This document shows, in pieces, positions 54,673 through 61,178 of a stretch of DNA of 61,178 bases. The stretch's first letter is position 1. Each line of letters starts with the position of its first letter. Location: NCBI RefSeq assembly GCF_001194135.2, contig NC_068990.1:73640503-73701680 (forward strand), given 5' to 3'. Position numbers and translations under genes: made by a program. Under the pieces are notes generated by a model. That model made no database searches. It had not been told where the DNA came from and saw nothing but the letters and a program-made list of their open reading frames with translations. This DNA comes from Octopus bimaculoides. Its lineage: Eukaryota.

Positions 54673-55380
54673 TTATATATATGCGTTTATTACATTTTTG
54701 GTGAAAATGCTGATGAAGTGAGTTAAATGTATTGTGTTATGTAATAGAGCTCACTGGCTTACGTAATAAAGGCAGTTGGCCAACTGAAATGCATGTACAT
54801 TATATAATGCATAAAATACCATTTATGTTTTCTCTGTTCCTTTATATATCTATATCTATGTACATTTGTATGTGTGTATATATAAAAGTTGACTGCGATG
54901 GGATTTGAAATCAAACCACAGATCAAGAACATATAGTGCAAGATATTCTAACCAATGCTCTAATGACCTAGTTAGTTTGCTGCTGAGGATTTTAAGATCT
55001 GAATACAGAACCTAAAGAGTTAGAACTAAATACCACTTCAAATTTTGTTTATACTTTCTACTAATTCTATCTGTTCAGTACCTAAAAGAGTTTCTTACAT
55101 AGGCACTATGTCAGACATTTTTGGTGGGGGAGGAGAGTAATGGTTGGTCATACTGATCCCCAGTAATTTGTGGCTAATTTATTTTACTGACCCTGAAATA
55201 ATGAATGATGAAAGGCAAGGTTGGCCTTGGTGAGATTTGAACTCAGAACATAATGACTGAGAATAAATACTGCAAGAAATTTCATGTTGTAATAATTTTG
55301 CTTATTCACCTCTTTAATAATGATATTAACAAGTCTGGTGTGTTAACAATTCTGCCTTCTTGCCACTTTACCTGCTTTAA

Positions 55381-55602
55381 CCCTTTCATTATCATATTTA
55401 TTTTGAGATGCTCTTTGTTTCTTTCAATTAATTTTAAATATAACAAAGAATTTAGTAAAATAACTTTGTTATCATTAAGCTAGTATTCGGAACATAAATT
55501 ATGACAAAGGTTTAGTCGAAGATTTTAATTCAAAACTTATGAAAGCAAGACATTTGTACTAGAGAGCCAGAGGTGGTTTCAGCCGGGTTGGTATCGAAAG
55601 GG
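55381..55602. mobile_element. TTAA MITE (piggyBac-like, 222 bp, second family)
   Basis: TTAA at 55377-80 and 55603-06; termini ccctttcattatca / tggtatcgaaaggg. Confidence 0.8.
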
Positions 55603-56040
55603 TTAATAATAGTGATTTCGAGTTTTTGCACAAGGCCAGCAATTTCGGGGGAGGGAGTAAGTCAATTGCATCAACCCCAGTGCTTAACTGATACTTAGTT
55701 TACTGACCCCAAAAAAGATGAAAGGCAAAGTTGACCTTGCCAGAATTTGAGCTCATGACATACAGACAGACAAAATGCAACTAAGAATTTTGCCTGGTGT
55801 GCTACTGATTCTGCTAGCTTGCATGTGAAATTTGAACCCAGAACATAAGAGAGCAAAGTTAAAATTCTTAAATGAAATAATAAACACCATCAACCGCAAC
55901 ACTTTAGCTTATTGACTTAGAAGGATGAAAAGCAAAGTTGAGCTTGGCTGGAATTGAACTCAAAACATAAAGAAGTTGAAGAAATGCTATCAGGTGTTTT
56001 GTCTGTTGCTCCAACAACTCCACCAGCTTGCTGCCTTTAA

Positions 56041-56257
56041 CTCTTTAACATTCAAATATTCTTTCGAATGTAATGCTTATTTATTTATATTGTTTTGAAC
56101 TATTATGCATTATCCCACAGCTTCAAGATTTCTATGATGTGATTCTTTATTTTAGTATGACATTGTAGGATAGATGTGAGAAGTCAGATCTGGCTCATTT
56201 GAGCTTAAAACAAAAAGACTGCTTTGATTGGCTGTGGTCAGTTTAAATGCAAAAGAG
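56041..56257. mobile_element. TTAA MITE (217 bp), same family as 53179-53403 in the opposite orientation
   Basis: TTAA at 56037-40 and 56258-61; termini ctctttaacattcaaa / tttaaatgcaaaagag; internal similarity (cctacaatgt, gataatgca). Confidence 0.78.
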
Positions 56258-56741
56258 TTAAGTTTACATAATACTGTTTTAAATTTTGGCACAAGGTCAG
56301 TAGTTTTAGGTGAGGGGACAGATTGATTAATTCAACCCCAGTGTCTAACTGGTACTTATTTTATCACGCCTGAAATAATGAAAAGCAATGATGACTTTGG
56401 CAGGATTAGAACTCAGAATATAAAGAACTGGAGGAAATTCTGTTAAGCTTATTTTGTCTGAAGAATTTATGATTTTGGCATCTCACCTCCTTTAAGTTTA
56501 CACAAAAATTAAAGTAACTCCTTTGTTAGTTATACACAGCACAAAAGTATATTAATTACATTCCTTTGTAATTTTTCTTGTTGCAACAAGTAATTTTATA
56601 TTTTGATTTACAGTTGTTTTGAATTATTCCATCCCACCAGCTTAATCTTCTATGTCAGAAGACTCTTAATATTATCTGAAGCAGGAAATAAAAATAAAAA
56701 AATTGTTAGTCTATTTCTTCTTCTTCTTCTTCTTCTCAAAG

Positions 56742-56821
56742 ACAACCAGACATTAGTAATATGAGCGATTACCAAGTCAATAATGTTCAGTTGGAACCTT
56801 TGCCAGAATATAATTTCAACC
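56742..56821 (+). CDS. Candidate penultimate exon (QPDISNMSDYQVNNVQLEPLPEYNFN)
   Basis: (TTC)n pyrimidine tract plus aag acceptor; a single open frame with normal-complexity peptide; donor ACC|gtaaaa. Confidence 0.45.
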
Positions 56822-56828
56822 GTAAAAA

Positions 56829-56859
<31 letters not shown>

Positions 56860-56978
56860 CACAGAAAGAAACTATGAAAAAAATAACAACAAAACAAAAC
56901 AGTTGCAAAACTTTTCCTGCACAAAGATCCATCCAAGCTTTCTTATCCATTTTTGATTTCCTTCTGTTGTCCAAATAG

Positions 56979-57031
56979 ACAATGGCAGCATGACAAAAGA
57001 GCATTTTTCAAGCCAATGTGATGATGAATGA
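56979..57031 (+). CDS. Candidate terminal coding exon ((H)NGSMTKEHFSSQCDDE*)
   Basis: Acceptor tttttgatttccttctgttgtccaaatag; phase matches the previous exon; TGA at 57029-31; AATAAA at 57056-61. Confidence 0.4.
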
Positions 57032-57539
57032 AGAAAATTAACTTGAATTAAACACAATAAACATGTCAGCAAACTCCATCCAGTCCTTTAAAAGGAAAGA
57101 CAGTTACAATAATGAAGAGATAACAACAGCAGTTAGTCGTGTTCACTGCCAATTCAAACAGAGTCTACCATAAGGTGTGTCCATTTAAAAGTCAGATACT
57201 GAATGTTATTATCCCAAGAAATCACAGACAAATGTAAAGGATCTTGATAGGAATTTTGCTTATTCTAAAGGTTAAAAAGAAAAGACAAATAAAAATAAAG
57301 GGAAAAAAAGGAAAAGAAATAAATTGATTCCCATTTAAAGCAATTGCCTGGTTCAAGAACATTTAAAGAATAAGAATAGACAGTATTGTTCCATTGAAAA
57401 GAAGCAATATTTAACCAACAGCTGAATCTACCAATCTACTTATGTTCCTTGTACAATGTTGTTTGGCACAAGAGCAATCTATAATGGTGCTGGTTTACTA
57501 TAATCTTTCAAAGTTTCTTCATTTTTCCTTCCTTTATCC

Positions 57540-57554
57540 TAATGCTTTTTGTGT

Positions 57555-57622
<68 letters not shown>

Positions 57623-57713
57623 TCCTTCTTTCTTTCTTTCTTTCTTTCTTTCATTTTTCTTTCTTTCTTTCTTCTGTTCTCCTTTATGTTTTTGACTTCT
57701 TTTTGTTGAGGCT

Positions 57714-57745
<32 letters not shown>

Positions 57746-58498
57746 TTCTTCTTCTTCTTCTTCTTCTTCTTCTTTATCCTCCTCTTTCTCTTGCTCCTTC
57801 TTCTCCCCTCCTCCTCTTTCTCCTCTTCCTCTTCCTCTTCCTCCTCCTCCTCCCATCTTTCCTTCTTTTTATCCTCCTCCTCCTCCCATCTTTCCTTCTT
57901 TTTATCCTCCTCCTCCTTTCCATCCCCCTAATGTCCTCTCTAATCTCCTCTCTCACCTCTGTTCTTTTTCCTTTTTCTCCTCTACTTATCCCTTTCAACG
58001 CCCTCTTACTTTTTCCTTCTTCTCTTCCTCCTCCTCCTCCTCCTACACTCATCACCTTTTCTTCTTCTTCTTCTTCTTCTTCTTCTTCTTCTTCTTCTTC
58101 TTCTCCCCTTCCCCCTCCTTCTTCTCCTCCTCTCACCTCTCTTTCCTCCTTTTCTCCTCCTCCTCCTTCTTTCCATCTCCTTAATTCCCCCCTCCCCTCC
58201 CTCAACCCTGCTCCTTTTCCTTTTCTTCTTATCCCCTTCAATATTCCTCCTCCTCTCACTCCCTTTTCTTCTTCTTCTTCTTCTTCTTCTTCTTCATTTC
58301 CCACCCTTTCCTTTTTCTTCTTTTTGCTCTTCCACTTCCTTCTCATATTTCACCTCCTACTCATTCTCCTCCTTTTCCTTCTTCCCCTTTCTCTAATCTC
58401 CTACTCCTCCTCTCTGCTATTACTGCATACCACCAACCTTTTCTCCTTCACCCTTCTCTTTCACACCATCCATCTTTTTCTTCCTATTTTTTACATTT

Positions 58499-58551
<53 letters not shown>

Positions 58552-58555
58552 TAAA
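57540..58555. repeat. ~1-kb polypyrimidine/polypurine low-complexity tract ((TTTC)n, (TTC)n, (TCC)n, (TC)n)
   Basis: Direct reading; the long ORFs called here are compositional artefacts. Confidence 0.95.
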
Positions 58556-59139
58556 CTCTGATATCTTTTTATTACTCCACCTTCTCAATATTTACCATTC
58601 TCTCCACAACAGACAACCTCCACTCAACTCTCTTCCAGACCTCTTTCATATTTCTCCGACATAGACATGGTTAATATCAATAATACTAGTACAACAGTGC
58701 ACTACAGTACAATTTTATTAGTACTAACTTATACAGACACCGTCACAGCAGGTGATATTGATAACATCATTATCTCTGTCGTAGATGTTATTGTTATTGT
58801 TGTTGTTGCATTTCTTAATGTCCAGCTATAAGTTTTGTTATAAAGCTTCTTAGAATTCTACTGGAGATGACATGATTGTTAATGTTTTAATTTCACTCCT
58901 TATACACTAACACACACAGACACACACACACACACACACAAACATACACCACACACAAACATGCATGTGCATGTATGTGTGCGCACACATGCATATATAC
59001 ATGCAGATACACCTACAGACAGACATGCCCATCATTAGGTGATGAACTCGCAGAATCGTTAGCTCACCAGACAAAACGTATAGTGGCATTTTGTCAGTCT
59101 TTATGTTTGCCCCCTTTCCCGAGACATCCCCCATGTACT

Positions 59140-59330
59140 TGCTCCCATCTTGAGACTTCCTTTCCTTCTTGGAACTTTTCCTCCAATCTTGGGACTTCCT
59201 TGCTTCTTGGGAATTTTCCTCCCTTCCCATGACTTCCTCCTCTCCTGGGACTTGCTCTTCCTGGACTTTTCCCTCTCCCTCCTGGGACCTTCCCTCCCAG
59301 GACTTCCCCCCTTTTCCCTCTTCCCTTCCT
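59140..59330 (+). repeat. Degenerate minisatellite, about 9 units of 16-20 bp with core (c/t)tgggacttcc
   Basis: Examples: catcttgagacttcctttc, caatcttgggacttccttg, cttcttgggaattttcctcc, tctcctgggacttgctc, cctcctgggaccttcc. Confidence 0.8.
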
Positions 59331-59395
59331 CCTTTTTTCCACTTTCTTTTTAATCTCTCTCCTCCCCTTTTTCCTTTCCTCTTTTCACCCCCACC

Positions 59396-59428
<33 letters not shown>

Positions 59429-59559
59429 TCAAATTTACAGAAACAAAAGACAAAGGCTGGTGAAGGAACAACAAGCAGGTGTATTAGTTTAAGGCTCAGG
59501 AAGAATGGAAAAGTCTTTGACATTTTGAGCGTATGCTCTTCATTTTAAGCTTGATTAAA

Positions 59560-60395
59560 ACAGAAAACAACAGTGAAACAAACCAGCTAATCATAGATGC
59601 TGCTAACGTTGTAGCTAGCATAGTAGGCTACAAGTGGAAAACTGAAAATATAAAAGCAAATGAAAAGAAAGCACGAAACTGGAGGAAGATACCCTGAATG
59701 AAGCTGGAAAAGACATGAAAGGAACTGGAGCAATTGAATAGTATATTGAGGGGAGAGCTCAAGCATAAGGTAGTAATCAGAAAATTGAATGGACAGTACA
59801 GGTTAGAAGAAAGAGAAAAACAAACAGTACAAGAAGAATTGGCATGAAAGGTGACTGCATTAAAGGTCAAATTGAAAAGATATAATGTTAGATGCAAAGG
59901 TTTCAAACAGAATAGACTGTTCCAATCAAATAGAAGGCGTCTATTTGAGGAAATAGTGGGAGGCCAACACCAGGAACTGATTCCAAATGCAGAAGAAAGT
60001 AAAGAATATTAGGGAAGGCTGGGAAACAGGCTAGCAAGACATAAAGAAAGACAGACCAGCAAGACATAAAGTGGCTAACAAAGGTGGAAAGACAACTTGA
60101 AACTGTACCAAGACAAAAGATGTCAGAATTAATCTATGTACAGTGAAACTGAAGTTAAAAAATAGCAAATTGGAAAGGACCAGGCCCAGATGGAGTACAA
60201 GGCTATTGGTTGAAGAACTTTACACAGTTCGATGAAAGGATCATGGGCCAGCTTGATGACTGTCTGCAGCAAGGCTATGTACCTGCCTGGATGACAAGGG
60301 GACAAAAACTGTTATGCCTCAAGGATCCCTCGAAAGGGAACTTGCCATCAAATTTTTAACCTTTAATCTGTTTACTACTAATGTGGAAACTTATG

Positions 60396-60448
<53 letters not shown>

Positions 60449-61040
60449 TTTCTGGACACTTTGCAACAAGTATGGACTTGACAGAGCAAAAAATTGGTAT
60501 GACCACAAACATGAAGGCATTGTTGAAAATAGAAATGCAAAGATCCTATGGGATTTTATGACCATGAGATTGAAAATAGGAAGCCGGACATAGTTTTAAC
60601 TGAGAAAGAAAACAAACTATGCTAGATCATAGCATGCCCAGCTAACAACAAGGTATGCGATAAGGAAGAAAGAAAAGTCAAGAGACATGACAGGTTAGCT
60701 TGGGAAGTTAAGCGGTTGTGGTTGATGAAAAAGGTAGCAGTAGTACCAGTAATTGTTGGAGCCCTGGGAACAGTGAGCAAAAATCTCGAGAAGTACGTGG
60801 AACAAATAGGGGCTGCAATAAGGGTGGAGCACTTGCAGAAAACAGCACTGCTTAGAACCGTTTGAATACTCCCGAAGGTGCTTGAAGAAGAAGAAGAAGA
60901 AGAAGAAGAAGAAGACTACTGAAAACTTGTGGATACCTAAGGTTACAGGTAGCAACCCGATACCCACATAAATCCCACCAGGAATAAGACCAAATCTGAC
61001 TCAAACCAAAGTAAAATAATAATAATGATAACAAGAACAA
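59560..61040 (+). mobile_element. Decayed RLE (R4/Dong-like) LINE with most of the RT missing and (TAA)n at the junction
   Basis: KLKRYNVRCKGFKQNRLFQSN, NWKGPGPDGVQGYWLKNF, PAWMTRG..LCLKDPSKGNLPSNF*PLICLLLMWKLM, then (TAA)n at 60387-60447, then WYDHKHEGIVENRNAKILWDF, PDIV, VVPVIVGALGTV, LQKTALL, a 3' UTR and an (AAT)n tail. Confidence 0.9.
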
Positions 61041-61178
61041 TAATGTTCGTTAGAATATCAAGAATTCAAATTACTTGGAAAAGGTTTAATGACAGGAAAT
61101 CATGGAAAATTGTGGCTTAGAGCAGACAGAAATTAACTATAAGATAACATGACTGCATTAAAGAACAACCTCAACACA

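Larger units (their letters stand above)
55100..56490 (-). mobile_element. Cluster of at least 4 minus-strand SINE family A copies interleaved with two MITEs
   Basis: Repeated gatgaaaggcaaagttgacc...gaactcagaac...gctaag motifs at about 55100-55370, 55620-55815, 55900-56035 and 56280-56490. Confidence 0.8.

Noticed and set aside
57442-58554. Long ORFs (370, 190 and 105 aa) over the C/T tract
   Set aside because: Low-complexity translations of microsatellites; TC-rich repeats cannot produce stop codons.

Overview
Eukaryotic, very AT-rich, microsatellite-laden genomic DNA from a gapped draft scaffold. The interspersed repeats (tRNA-derived SINEs, a mariner starting MDKIWHRGVIKY) look like those of Octopus; this is an inference from recall, not a database match. 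Almost all ORFs in the six-frame track are microsatellite or N-gap artefacts, and no intact protein-coding gene, rRNA, functional tRNA or CRISPR array is visible. What can be supported is decayed transposons. These are at least seven fragments of restriction-like-endonuclease (RLE, R4/Dong-type) LINEs, one integrase-less Ty3/Gypsy element with both LTRs sitting inside a ~290-bp palindromic element, a full-length decayed mariner, a CR1 3' fragment, three TTAA MITEs, Helentron-like non-autonomous elements and many SINEs. There is also a phase-consistent three-exon candidate for the 3' end of an unidentified plus-strand host gene (52578-57031). The most interesting items are a pre-miRNA-like hairpin (33631-33715), twin C2H2 zinc fingers fused to an R4/Dong-type RT (74-243), the palindrome/LTR nesting, and two local templated duplications. 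I cannot demonstrate a new multi-gene system here; these are leads, not discoveries.
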